64,000 nucleotides of DNA from Azolla caroliniana (taxonomy: Eukaryota > Plantae > Polypodiophyta), in assembly GCA_043228905.1 (NCBI GenBank), contig JBHGNT010000001.1:36146001-36210000 (forward strand). Reading direction: 5' to 3'. The notes under the pieces were generated by a model. It made no database searches. It had not been told where the DNA came from and worked only from the letters and a program-made list of their open reading frames with translations. Position numbers and translations under genes: made by a program. Numbering within the stretch: position 1 is the first letter of the stretch; each line of letters starts with the position of its first letter. Shown here in pieces: positions 45,992 through 57,899 of the stretch.

Positions 45992-48025
45992 GTATATGTA
46001 TATGTATATATGTTTATATTTGTGTGGGTTGTGAAGCTTGTGCTTTGCAACATCAATGATTGTAAGCAAGGCCTATGATGTTGCAGACTTTATCAGAACC
46101 CATGATACTTTCAGTTTAAAATTTGTACACTAACAACCATAACCCAATGGCAATCTTGGAAATCGATAGTACTAAACTTGTGGTTGGAGCAACATTAACG
46201 TCAATCTTTTTATCAACACATGGAGAGAAACAAATATTTCCCTTTATAAACCAATGACAATGTATAGTTACCAGTGTTTATTTAAGTGTGTATTATGTTT
46301 AATTGTGTGTATGTTTTGTTTAATTACCTCGGGTGGCATTGAGACAATGTGAGCTTATTCTTACAAAAATCTAGATATATGTGTGAGTGAGCTTCTTTAG
46401 TTGGCTAGAGTATTGATACTTTGGTTTGATGAAATCCTACACATTTATTAAGGACAAAGGTATTATTAGATCCTAAAAACAATCCCAAGACTAAATTAGG
46501 GAAGCTTGTGTAACATACCCCTCTTTAGGCTTCCAAGATTTGTCTCATTGCAAGCCAAATATATAGGCATTCTATGTTATATGTCAAAATTGTGCTCCAA
46601 TGAAGGGATAATCAATTTTATTATTCGTCACTTTCCCATGAAAAATCTGAATTGCAATCAATGCCAATCACACTTTTGGCTATCCAAAAGCTTAAGAGAG
46701 ATATAATATACTTCCGTTGGCTATCCAAAAGCTCAAGAGAGATTTAATATACTTCTACTAAGCTATAAATACGTATTATCATCTTTTGAGCTATAAAATC
46801 AATGCCAAGTTGTATTACATAATGCTCAAAATATCTCATTAGTATTACCTTCCTCATAATGATTGACTAATACAATATACTTGTCCCTCATCAATAGCAT
46901 AGAAAGTTGGGTATGATTTGTTCAAAATTTATAAAGACTTGAGAAGTAAACAAGTATATATAATGTGGTACCAGACTCCATTAAATAAGCTTGCAACAAC
47001 AATTCCCAATTATTTATCAAATAATAGAACTATTTTCTTTATGGGATTCATGGTTGTAGCACATGTTGTTAGGTCAAAAGTTTAACTATATATATACATC
47101 AGCTTTCTAATTACCACCATGATGGTCTTGTGCATAACCAAATTTTCATATGTTCAAGCATACGAGAAATCATGATCTTATTTTTCTTCAAACACATAAT
47201 CTATACTAATATGCACGTTGTTGCTAGTTGTATTTTACATCCTAAAAATCTTTGAATCCTTGTTAGATCACACTAGAATGGCTTTAATGCTCTTGAAGTC
47301 TTTGTATGTTTTGAGTCAAGACTTCGTTGCCTTCATCTAGTGGTGGAGTCTAAATCAATGGACATTAATGAACTATCATTGATGGACATTGTGCGAGCTA
47401 GCCTCATCTTCCCAATTTGAGAATGGTCCATTTTGTTGTGGAAATTGTTGCATAATGTTATTTTTCGAGCGAAGTGGTCCATTTCGTTTGCAACCATTTC
47501 CACCTCATCTAAAATAATTTTAGAGTTTTAGCATTTTACTATGACCGTAAGCAAAGCTTCTCAAAAGGCCTATAAGATCTTATATAATTTTCATCCATAT
47601 AAACAAAATATACCTTGCATTATGTCCAGCACAAGTACATTAATTTAATACTATTCCAAGGAAAAGCAACACCCACCTTACTCCTTGACTACCATATCCT
47701 AGTCCTTGCAAACACTAAATATGGATCAAATGAATCTTGCCAACATTCAAGTGTCACAAAATTGATGGGAGAATATGATATTGTCATGCAAGGTGTATTT
47801 GTTTTATGGGTATCATACAAATTTGATGAACACACCTCATGTGGCATAACACACATATAAGATAGTGTCCACTAAAATGTACCCCTTACATATATCTACT
47901 TTTTTTGAGACCATGTCATACTTAGGTCACTGTTATTCGTAGCATAGATTGTCCCTTAATCCTCATGTCATATGGTTATCCATTGGACCCTATTAATACC
48001 CTAGCATGTTGCTCTTGCCACAATA

Positions 48026-48639
48026 TTTTTTTATTTTTTATTTTTTAAAAGTGAAGATTCACTGTGGTATTAATGAAAAGATGCCCAAAGGCTACAAAGT
48101 ATCCATACAATCTAGTACAACCCTCCTACCCACATGAATGGACATGTCTAGTAGCGGAAACCCTCATGCATGGTCTTTTCAAGACAGGGGGCGGAAAAAG
48201 CCATCTTGGTGGAGCATATCTCCATTTTATTCTGTCCCCAAAATAGGTGAAGACCTCTGCCTTTATCCAAATTTCTCGAAATTGTTGTTGCTTGCGAAAC
48301 ACAACATTAGGCTCAACATGTATTGCCTCATATTGACCTCTTAGAGCATGCAGGAGCATCAACCATATCTCCTTGACTAACTCAACCGCATTCAGTTTGA
48401 CATTCTGAAGTACACACTTACATCTTGCCTTCCATAACATTCAAACTACTAAAGAAGATATAGTAGACCAAACCTTGTCTTCTTCCAAACAATGGATAGT
48501 ATAAGAGGCCTCCAACACATGTCTTCCATCAAAGAGGAGAAGAAAATCAACATGGTTCCTTTCATAATTCTGTATTTCTTCAGCCAACCTTCCCCATCTC
48601 ACAAAACCCCATGTGTACGCCTGTTTACCATAAATAGGA
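48026..48639 (-). mobile_element. 5'-truncated L1-type LINE 3' end (about 0.6 kb)
   Basis: Homologous to 48652-49250 (PIYG.Q.YTW.FVRWGRLA.EIQNYE; KWRYA..RWLFPPPVL). Has an (A)n/TAAAAA-type tail on the minus strand and is flanked by cacaatattttt at 48019-48030 and 48640-48651. Confidence 0.8.
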
Positions 48640-48646
48640 CACAATA

Positions 48647-51063
48647 TTTTTATTTTTATTTTTTTAAAGAAGGTTCACCTTGGTATTAATGGAAAGATGC
48701 TGAAAGGCTACAACGAGTTCATACAATATATTACAACCCTCATATCCACATCAACCAACATGTCAAGTATCAAAAGCCCTCATGAAGGTTGTTCCAAGAC
48801 GGGGGGTGGAAAAAGCCATCTTGATGAAGCATATCTCCACTTTATTCTTTCTCCAAAAGAGACGAAGACCTCAACGTTTTTCCAAGTTTCTCTAAATTGT
48901 TGTTGTCTCCGAATCACAACTTCAGGCTCACCAGTTATTGCATCATATTGACCTCTTAAAGGGTGTACGAGCATTAACCATACCTCTTTGACTAACTCAA
49001 CTACATTCTGTTTAACTTTCTGAAATACACATTTACATATAGCCTTCCACAAGACCCAAATGACTAGAGAAGATATCGTAGACCAGAGCATATCCTCTTC
49101 CAAACAACGGAATATCATAGACGTCCAATACATGTCTTCCATCGGAGAGGAGAAGGAAATCACCATACTCCTTTTCATAGTTTTGAATTTCTTTAGCCAA
49201 TCTTCCCCATCTCACAAAATCCCATGTGTACACCTGCCTACCATAAATAGGATATAACATTCTCAACATTCTTTTCCAAACTGCTATAGCAATAGGACAT
49301 ATCCATAAAACATGGTAAACCGATTCAATGGGAGAACCACAACTGTCACATTTTAAATCTTGACAATGTGCCCGCATCCCTGACTTCACAGGAATGCCAT
49401 AATGTGTCAACAACCATCTAAATAACACAACCTTTTTAGGAATTTGCATCGCCCATAACCATTTCCAATAAGCATTCAACCAAGAATTTGTTACATTACC
49501 AAATCTCCAAAAATTACAAGCTGTTGGTGTAACAGTCACACCTCTCCTCAGCATTTCTCTACCCATTTCTCTCCTTAACATTCCTTGTGCTGATCTGATT
49601 TGCCATTTCCACTCACAAGGATCCCACAAAAGGTGATCAATGGGCTTAGTCTCATAGACCCATAAATTAGAGAGATTCTTAACATCATTTGGATGTGGGT
49701 TCAATATCCATTTATTATCTTTCTTCCATAATATACGTATAGGCAACCTATTCCCTCGAGTTACAATTTCGTCTTCCACAAAGAGAGAATGAAGTCGTCC
49801 AGAAGGCAAAACATCGAAGTAAAGGCATTCATGAGAGTTTTTATAATCCCTAACCCCCAATAAGACATGTAGGGATGAAAACATACCATACCAAAGGAAA
49901 CTAGTTTGAGCAGGTTGAAAGGAAGATATTGTAAAGACTATCCATTTCTGAATACATAATTTTCCCTCCCCAAATTGCACTACAAACTTGGGTTTTGTTT
50001 TCCATCGCTGAAGAAGAAAAAGTCAGCCAATTCCCAACAGACTTAGCTTCACCTTTATCAAAGTCAGCCCAATTCAACGTAGTTCTCTTCCCTAACATTA
50101 CCCCATATTCTGATGCAAATAGAGGGTTCAATAGGAGGGGTTGATGCAACCATTCCTCCTTACATGATGGTAAAGATCGGACTAAGTTATGTTTCAAATC
50201 CCACCATGCCTTCATGATACCCCTAAAAAACTATCTTTCCAATTGCCACCGGTAGAAGGCATAACTTTAACCATTCTCTGCCTTAAGATTTTTTTCCAAG
50301 GCTCCCCACCAGGCAACAAACCACTTATAATAAATTTTCCCACGACCACCCTCGTCCTTTGGAGTTGTAATAACTTTACAAGATACCTTGGCTCTCACAT
50401 AAGAACAATCTTTAGATCCCCAAAGGAAATTCCTAATAAGCCTTTGTACTTGCGATAAAGCAGAACGTGAGCACAACCAAGCTGATAAAATGTACCACAT
50501 GGAAGCTAACAATACTTGATTGGCAATAACAACCTTCCTGCCAATGACAATTTAGCAATATTCCAATATAACAATTTCTTCCTTATAGCAAGCAACAGAG
50601 GAGCTACATGATCTTCCGGCGAAATATTAATACATACATGACATCCCAAGTATCTTATAGGTTTCCCATGCGGAATCCATTGAAACCCTTCTTGTGGACA
50701 CCACAAAGGGTTTATTGTGTTACCTACCCAGAACCCCACTGATTTATTCCAATTAATAACAATTCTAGAAGCATAGCAAAATGTATCAATAACATGTTGT
50801 ACTCTAGAAAGATTATCGCTAGAACTTTGCAAATACAAGGCTGTATCATCAACAAATTGATAATCCACAACCTGTTCCTCTAACCATGGCCATTGTAGCC
50901 CTTTTATATTCACAATATTACTTGTAAGAAAACTACTAAACGCTTCTCCAATCATCAAATATAAAAAAGGAGCCAACGAACAACCCTGTCTCACTGACCT
51001 CGAAATTGCGAATGTTTGGCCTAACTCTCCATCTACTAATACCCTGCTTATCCATGCTTGCAC
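48647..51063 (-). mobile_element. Degenerate 5'-truncated L1-type LINE (RT + zf-RVT)
   Basis: Frameshifted ORF2 pieces: SRSVRQGCSLAPFLYL, YQFVDDTALY, INWNKS, PIRYLG, RNFLWG, IPKKVVLFRWLL, CDSCGSPIESVYHVLWICP; A-rich tail at about 48647-48666. Confidence 0.9.
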
Positions 51064-51112
51064 ATAATGGTCTATTTCTTAAGATAACACCATTGTGAGA
51101 ATAGTTGTACGC

Positions 51113-51890
51113 TGTCGCGTTGTTATGCGCGTGCGTGGAGAAAGGCGGGACCACGGGGGTCTTGGACTAGGGAGCGACGGAGCGTAGGAAGTCGCACTTC
51201 ACCGTTTTTTGGGGCACCCCTGAAACGCACCGGAAGCAGCCGAAGAGAGAGAGGGAGTGAGAGAGCGTGCTTGACACCGACTCACGCGCGCGCGCACACA
51301 CACACACACACACACGCGCGCACACACGCCCTCTTGTACAGGAAACGCAGGGAAGGAGGGGAGCACCCGACACCAACAAGACGCCAATATACACAGACAG
51401 ACGCAAACGTATATGTATATATATATATATATATATGAAGAATACACTCCCGGCTTCGAGCCGGACCAGGATAGTTTACAACAGTCGTCTGCTGTCAAGC
51501 CGCCGTCGGGGAGCTCTCGGGCTCGTCGTGCCGAGCGGGGTCTTGCACAGGAGATAAGCTGCAGCCAACCCTAAACGAACACGAAGGGGAAGAAGAAGAA
51601 GTAGAAGAACCCTAACCCTAAACCTACCGGTATACCCTCTAATCCAAAATGGGCAACCCCTTCACAAAGGGCGTTCCCTTCCTTTTATAGAACAAGGAAA
51701 GGGATGCGTTACAATGTGGGACAAATCCCGACTTACATGGGATTGTCTGTCCCGACTTAACTACTCTTCGGCGCCATAAAGGCGCCCTCGATATTCACAC
51801 CAAATGTACATGGGTGCGTACACACGCTGCACCCCGCCGATGTAGACAATGTTTCCCGGTTTTCGCCTATGGCCGAAATTCTTCACGACA
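51113..51890 (-). mobile_element. Solo LTR (778 bp) of a Gypsy family related to the element at 53555-60857
   Basis: TGTCG...CACGACA termini. Both ends resemble the LTRs of the full element (ggcgggacc.cgggggtct; cgcctatgg..ttcttcacgaca). Flanked by 4-bp ACGC at 51109-51112 and 51891-51894; minus-strand TATAAAA at about 51683-51689. Confidence 0.88.
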
Positions 51891-52059
51891 ACGCTAATGG
51901 GAAATCGTCCTTATAGGAAAATCTTTTTAGTCTAAGTTAGTGTAGAGATGGATGATGTTAATGGACGATGAAGCAGTTCTATGGAGGGATAGGGAGGCTT
52001 GATTATGTTTTCATTTACTTTTCAAATTTTGGGGAGCGGTTTCTCATTTTTCTGGTGAG

Positions 52060-53430
52060 GATGAGTGGAATCAAACTGTCAAAAGGTGTTGTATTTGGAT
52101 GTATTAAGGTACAATGGCCTACCATGTTATTGGGCTATATTGAGCATGATAAGAATGAGGATGCTATACAACTCTATCCTCGAATGCTTTGGGCAAGAAG
52201 ATGGATGCTTTGATGCACAACATAGTTTTTATTCATAGCCAAATCGAGATCAGTTACATAGTCTTGTGGAACACACTACTTTCAGGATGTGCCAAGTTTG
52301 GGCCAGTATCAAAGTGCTACATTGTTTTACTCAGATTTAGTTAGATGGTTTATTTCTTGAGACAACACTTATCTCAGGGTATGTTGAGCAAGACTACCAA
52401 CAGTATCTTGGACTACATTAATTTGTGAATATGCTGAGTAGGATTATGTTGAAGAGCTTCAATATATGCTGAACCAGATGCAAATGGAGGGTGTATCCCC
52501 AAATCTTTCAATCATCTTTCATTTTGGTAAAACAAGTGGGCACAACAGTTTTGGTCTTACGATTTGTGAACCCGTATTCGCAGTATGGGCAATTTTAAAT
52601 GGAGATTTAGAGAGAACCATGAGATCCTCAAATGTCGGAAACTAGATGGTTTGGAGGTTTACCTTTTGACTGGTTAAATGTTTTAGGTCAACTTCTTGGT
52701 TTCTCTAGGACATGACTACATGCATTTTGTAAGCTTAAAGGAAAGTGAATAAATATAAAGGTACTAATAGATGATAGAAGTGAGGAATGGAAATTTTGGA
52801 GGAAAAGAAAAATACAAAGTCATGGATGTATGCATATGTGCATGTATGTTAGATGTAGAAACATGGAAGAAACAATCACAGTTTTTTCTAAGCAACATAA
52901 TCGAGATGTGGTGACTGACAATACAATCATTTCTGGGTATGTGCGGAATAATAAAGATTTTTCAGCTTTGAAATCTTTGAAAAATGCAAGCAAAAGGGGT
53001 TAAAGCTGACAAAGTCACGACTCTTTGCACGCTAAAAACCCGTGGATTGATGGGAGCTGTGAAATAGGCAAGTCTGGTACATGATCTAGTTATAGGAAAT
53101 GGATTTGATTCAGATGTTGTCATAGGAAATTCGTTCATTAACATGTATGCAACATGTGGAAAGTTGGAAGAGTCTCATTGAATGTTCAATATACTACCAT
53201 TTCATGAGGTGGTTTCATGGATGTCGCTCTACATAGTATGCACACAGTTGCAAACGTTGCCTGAAAGAGATGGAACAACATGGATTAATTCTAGTTGATA
53301 TTGTGTTTACTAGTACTTTGTCTGCTTGTAGGAAGCGTTGAAGAAGGGTATGATTACTTCAATTTGATGAAGGATCAATTTGGCATTCAACCAAGTATTG
53401 AGCATTATAATGACAGAAATATGCGGAATA
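52060..53430 (+). pseudogene. PLS-class pentatricopeptide repeat pseudogene
   Basis: Broken PPR motifs: WPTMLLGYIEH..EDAIQLY, VSWTTLI, MQMEGVSPN, MQAKGVKADKVT, VHDLVIGNGFDSDVVIGNSFINMYATCGKLEE, VVSWMS, FTSTLSAC; many stops and frameshifts. Confidence 0.8.
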
Positions 53431-53554
53431 ATGCTCAGCCCCAACCGAGACTTCAATCAATTTGTTAGAATCACAACCACGGAAGAAATGGGCAATGAAG
53501 GTAAATGCACATATACACAGACAATATGAGAGAGGGTACACAATATGTTAACGT

Positions 53555-54345
53555 TGTCGAGTTATTACGCAAGTGCGTGTGGAAACGAGGCGGGACCGCG
53601 GGGGTCTCGAACCAAAGAGCAAGCAAGGGAGGAGAGAGAGAGAGAACCGGCTACGCAGGACCGGGGATGCACAGGGACACGGCCCTTTAGCACTGAGAAC
53701 GCGAACGAACACCGACACAGACAGATGCGAATGACTAAATATATGTATTAAGAATGGCTAACACGACTACAACCCTCGGTGGGGCACAGGTTGGTTACAA
53801 CCGAGCAGGCCGGCGAACAGATGCCGATGCCTGTTCGCTTCGACGCACAAAGGGGGTAGCCGGTCGGAGGTGCTGCCGGAAGCACTCGGGCGTTCCTCGA
53901 AACAACGCGAGCCTCCTCGGAACCCTGCACAGAAAGCTATGGAGCTCAAGAAGGAAGGAAGCAGAGAGAGAAGCGTCCAGAAACGGTCCGGCAGCACTTC
54001 GTCCTCTCCGCCCGATATATCTGCAACAACTCTTTCCTGCTCCTTATATAGGCCGACGAGCAGGCCGTCATGTCAGCTCTATTCCCTGTCCCTTTTGGGA
54101 CAGGGATCCGCTTCGTCCTTCACGCATCCGCGTAGTTACGCCGCCGACTCGTACAGTCCCTTCGCTCGCGCGCGCGACCGAAAAGACTGTTCGCGCGGTC
54201 TTTGTCTCCACTCGTGTTAGGGCCCGTTCCCGCCGATTATCCTCCTAATTCGCTTCTATGTACAACTCGGAGCGTGCACGCGTGAAGAACCGGTTCCCAC
54301 GCCTTGGTGCGCCGATTCCGCCTATGGACGGTTTTCTTCACGACA
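53555..54345 (-). repeat. Gypsy 3' LTR
   Basis: TGTCGAG...CACGACA; direct repeat of 60067-60857. Confidence 0.97.
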
Positions 54346-54358
54346 TCCGCCCCCACCT
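54346..54358 (-). other. Polypurine tract of the Gypsy element
   Basis: Minus-strand AGGTGGGGGCGGA immediately precedes the 3' LTR. Confidence 0.85.
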
Positions 54359-54416
54359 AACCGTGCATCCTCCGGTATGCACCAAGAGAGTTGGGATGGA
54401 GAAAACCGGCCCGTCT

Positions 54417-57400
54417 TCATTTCTCGCCCGTCGGTTCTTCCTCGTTTTCGGATCTTTCGTCACTGCTGACTAGGAGAGCTGGGTCGGGCTCGTCGTCGTG
54501 CCGCTTCTTGAACGCTTTGATCCGCTTCCCTGCAACCGGTATCGCCATTCTCGTGCCGTCTAGTTCCGCCAGGTGATATGTCCCGTTGTCATTGGCGCTC
54601 CGCACCACGTAAGGCCCGAACCACCTTCGCGCGAACTTCCGTGTAGCTCGGTGCTGGTTGTCGAGGCTGCTGTCGTAGACGAGCACCCAGTCACCTTCTT
54701 CGATTTTCTTCGGTCGGAGCCGGTGCGTTCGGTCGAACCGGGCTTTGTTCTTTGTCCTCGCCACCCGGAGCTTCTCCGCAGCCAGTGCCACGTCCTCCGG
54801 TCTCCGCTCGAGCTGTCGTATACGTGCGGCCAACAACTCTTCCCGGCTCATCTCGTCCCTCCAGTCGACCGTTGCCCACGAGGAGATCGTCCGTTCTATC
54901 GGCATGATCGGCTTCTGGCCGAACATGAGCTCCGTCGGCATGTACCCGGTTACCGAACTGTGCGTGGTCCGGTCTGCCCACAAAGCATAAGGTAGCAGCC
55001 GCGGCCAGTTTCCGACTTGGCCTCGGCATGCTCGAACCAGCGCCTTGACGATCGGTCCGTGTCCGCGCTCCACCTTTCCATTCGCCTCCGGATTGTACGC
55101 AATGGTGAGCGAGAGCTTGACTCCCAGCCGGTCGAACAGCTCCGCGGCTTCTTCGGCGTCCAACTCCCCTCGGTCAGCCACAATCTTCCCGACGCACCCG
55201 TACCGGCATATCACGTCCTCGATTAGGAACCGACATACGGCCGCGGTCGTTTTGTTCGGAAGGGCCCGGCCTTCCACCTGGTTCGTCAGATCCTCCCGTG
55301 CTAGGACCAGGTACCGCATCTGTCCTACCCCCATTGGCATCGTCACCAGATCTACCATCCATTTGAAGTGGATGGTCGGAGGGTACGTAGGGTGAAGCTC
55401 GTCCCGATGTCGGACTATGGAGTGCATCTGACAGCTCTCGCAAGTTGTCACGAACCGATGCACGTCCTGGTACTGCCCCGGCCACCAATACTTCCCCTTC
55501 AGTTTCTCGAACGTAGCCCATGTTCCCCGGTGTCCAGCCCAAGGGCTGTCGTGGTAGGCCGTCAGCAGCTCCTCCTGTTCTTCCTTCATCGCCACCACCC
55601 GGAGCGGAGCGCCGTCCCTCTTCTTCGGGTGCTTCCATAGATAGCCATCCCGCAGAAAGAACCGGTACGCTTTCTTCCGGATCCGGTTGGCCTCGTCCTT
55701 CGTCCATGACGCATCGGGCGTCATTGTCTTCAAAAACCCACCGATCTGCAGCCACTCCCCGTCGTACTTGCTCGCGTCGAAGTCGTTAAGCGCCGGAGTG
55801 CTTGTTCCGTCGGTCGTTACATACGCAGTCTCGAAGAAGTCCACGCCGACCTCTTCGTCCTCCGAAACCATGCCGCCCTCGTCATCGAATCTCGCCCTTG
55901 AAAGCATGTCGGCCATGGCGTTGTCTTTCCCGGAAATGTGTCGTATTTCCGGGTCCAGGGACTTGATGTACGCTATCCACCTGAGCATTGCCAGGTCCGG
56001 CGTCGCGCATCCGGAAACCATGCCGAGAATTGGCATGCAATCCGTCTCTATGATCACCTCCGTCCCGATCAGATAGTCCTTGTCGGCCTTCACCGCCGAA
56101 ACGATACCCCAGAGTTCGCGTTTAACCTGGGCGTATCCTCGCTGCCGTTCGCTGAGGACCTTCGCGCCGAATCGGATCGGAAACCGATTGCCGTCCTCGT
56201 CTCCTTGGTTGACGACCCACCCGATTCCGGTCGGACTCGTGTCAACCGTTATGTACACTAGGGTGCCCTTCCGGTAGACGGCCTTTCGGAGCGCCGGTGC
56301 TGCCGAAAGAGCCTCCTTCAGCTTCCGGACCGACTCCGTGTGCTTGTCTAGCCATTCAAATCCTCGCCCTTTCTTCAATAATCCGTACAGCGGCTCCGCG
56401 ACGTGCGCGTAATGCGGGATCCATATGTGGTAGAAGGCGCATGCTCCCAAGAATCTTCGTACTTCCGTGACCGAGCTGCATTCAGGCTTCATCGCGGAGA
56501 TGGCTTCTATCTTTGCCGGAGACGGTTTCCGGCCATATGGTCCACATAAATGTCCGACCACCATGATTTCCGACTGCCCGAATGCTGACTTCTCCCCCGA
56601 GAAGGTGAGCCTCGCATCCTCTAGCCTTTGCAGCACCTTCTCGCAGTCGTCGATGTGCGTTACCACGAATCGCCGGCATCCGTCCGGCCCGATCGTCTCG
56701 TCCTTCTCTTCTACCGGGCATCCCTTGATCGGGATGTCGTCTAGAAACGGCATGGTGATGTCCGGGATGCAGTCCCTCAGCACCTTGTTCATTGCATTCA
56801 CCATGTGGGCCACCGAGTTGGTCCCTCCTTGCGGCAGCGTACACATCCGCACTAGGCCGAGGGGAGTTCGCATCGTCGTAATGTCTCTGCTCTCCACGGC
56901 TAGCTGGAATTGGTCGTACCCTGAATATAGATCACCGACCGAGTAAATCGACCTTCCGGCGAAGGCCTCCGCGAACTCGTCTACGGTCGGTCCGATCCCT
57001 GCGTTCCGGATGGTCACCCTATTGACCGGTTGCAGGTCCTGAATGAAGCGCAATGATCCGTTTTTCTTTGGTACCGTAAACCACCGGTTCGAGTACGGGG
57101 CGCTCGACGGCTCGAGAATGCCCATAACAACTTTCTGCTTCAACAGCTCCATCAACTTCGGGATGTGAGCTCTTGGAACCGGAATTGGCTTGAGATTCCA
57201 CGGTACATGCGGTACCGTGAATATCACCATCGGCTCTACGATCGTCGGGTCTACGCACCCGATTTCCTCCGGTGAGAATGCGAAGGCTTTCCCGTGCCTT
57301 CCGAGCATCCTCCGAAACCGGTCTTCCTCCACCGGCAGTAGGAACCCGCCCCCACCGATCTTCAGCTCGCGGAGCGTCTCGTTGGTGAAGGTGTGTCCTA

Positions 57401-57899
57401 TGCAGGCCGGATCTCGTAAGCTGGGGTCCGATGCAACCGCTTTGATTTGGGATTCGCTGCCCTCCGGTAAGGGCGCCGCAACTGGCCTCACCTTCCGGTC
57501 CACAGTCTTGTACTTGGTGCTAACTCGGGCCGTCCGTTCCGACTCGAGCCCTCGACCGAAGTCCGCGATGACTTCGTACATTTCTTCGGAACATACCGGT
57601 ATCGTCCGGTCTTCGTTAAGGTCTTCTTCGACTACCTTCCCCAGCATTCCCAAGGTGTCGTCGAAGGAGACTGCCTCCACGGCTCCGTTGATTTCTTCGT
57701 CAGGGCCGAGAACTCCGCACGCTCGAAGTCTCCCCTCCGTCTTTGTTTTCTCTCGGCCGGCGATGCCGACCATCGCACATGCTCCGCTGCCGGAGAAGCG
57801 AAATTTCCTACCTATTGTACACGGTTTTATCGTACAGATGTGGGGTCTTCCCGGAGCGTCCGGACTGTCGCGGCCCCACGCCTTGGCAGTCCTCTCTAA
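54417..57899 (-). CDS. pol: Gypsy Pol (RT - RNase H - integrase), probably reached by -1 frameshift
   Basis: 1118-aa ORF from ATG 57773, also open upstream to the gag end. Motifs: RT (DLYSGYDQ, LPQG, FLDD), RNase H (VDTSPTGIG, RELWGIV, ETDC, NAMADMLSR), integrase HHCC (H..GH..CESC), core (WMVDL, ADRGE, NGKVER) and GPY tail. Confidence 0.95.
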   Translation of the reverse strand, partial: LERTAKAWGRDSPDAPGRPHICTIKPCTIGRKFRFSGSGACAMVGIAGREKTKTEGRLRACGVLGPDEEINGAVEAVSFDDTLGMLGKVVEEDLNEDRTIPVCSEEMYEVIADFGRGLESERTARVSTKYKTVDRKVRPVAAPLPEGSESQIKAVASDPSLRDPACIGHTFTNETLRELKIGGGGFLLPVEEDRFRRMLGRHGKAFAFSPEEIGCVDPTIVEPMVIFTVPHVPWNLKPIPVPRAHIPKLMELLKQKVVMGILEPSSAPYSNRWFTVPKKNGSLRFIQDLQPVNRVTIRNAGIGPTVDEFAEAFAGRSIYSVGDLYSGYDQFQLAVESRDITTMRTPLGLVRMCTLPQGGTNSVAHMVNAMNKVLRDCIPDITMPFLDDIPIKGCPVEEKDETIGPDGCRRFVVTHIDDCEKVLQRLEDARLTFSGEKSAFGQSEIMVVGHLCGPYGRKPSPAKIEAISAMKPECSSVTEVRRFLGACAFYHIWIPHYAHVAEPLYGLLKKGRGFEWLDKHTESVRKLKEALSAAPALRKAVYRKGTLVYITVDTSPTGIGWVVNQGDEDGNRFPIRFGAKVLSERQRGYAQVKRELWGIVSAVKADKDYLIGTEVIIETDCMPILGMVSGCATPDLAMLRWIAYIKSLDPEIRHISGKDNAMADMLSRARFDDEGGMVSEDEEVGVDFFETAYVTTDGTSTPALNDFDASKYDGEWLQIGGFLKTMTPDASWTKDEANRIRKKAYRFFLRDGYLWKHPKKRDGAPLRVVAMKEEQEELLTAYHDSPWAGHRGTWATFEKLKGKYWWPGQYQDVHRFVTTCESCQMHSIVRHRDELHPTYPPTIHFKWMVDLVTMPMGVGQMRYLVLAREDLTNQVEGRALPNKTTAAVCRFLIEDVICRYGCVGKIVADRGELDAEEAAELFDRLGVKLSLTIAYNPEANGKVERGHGPIVKALVRACRGQVGNWPRLLPYALWADRTTHSSVTGYMPTELMFGQKPIMPIERTISSWATVDWRDEMSREELLAARIRQLERRPEDVALAAEKLRVARTKNKARFDRTHRLRPKKIEEGDWVLVYDSSLDNQHRATRKFARRWFGPYVVRSANDNGTYHLAELDGTRMAIPVAGKRIKAFKKRHDDEPDPALLVSSDERSENEEEPTGEK

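Noticed and set aside
56740-56751. RT active site FLDD instead of YxDD as an inactivating change
   Set aside because: FxDD is common in functional Gypsy RTs.
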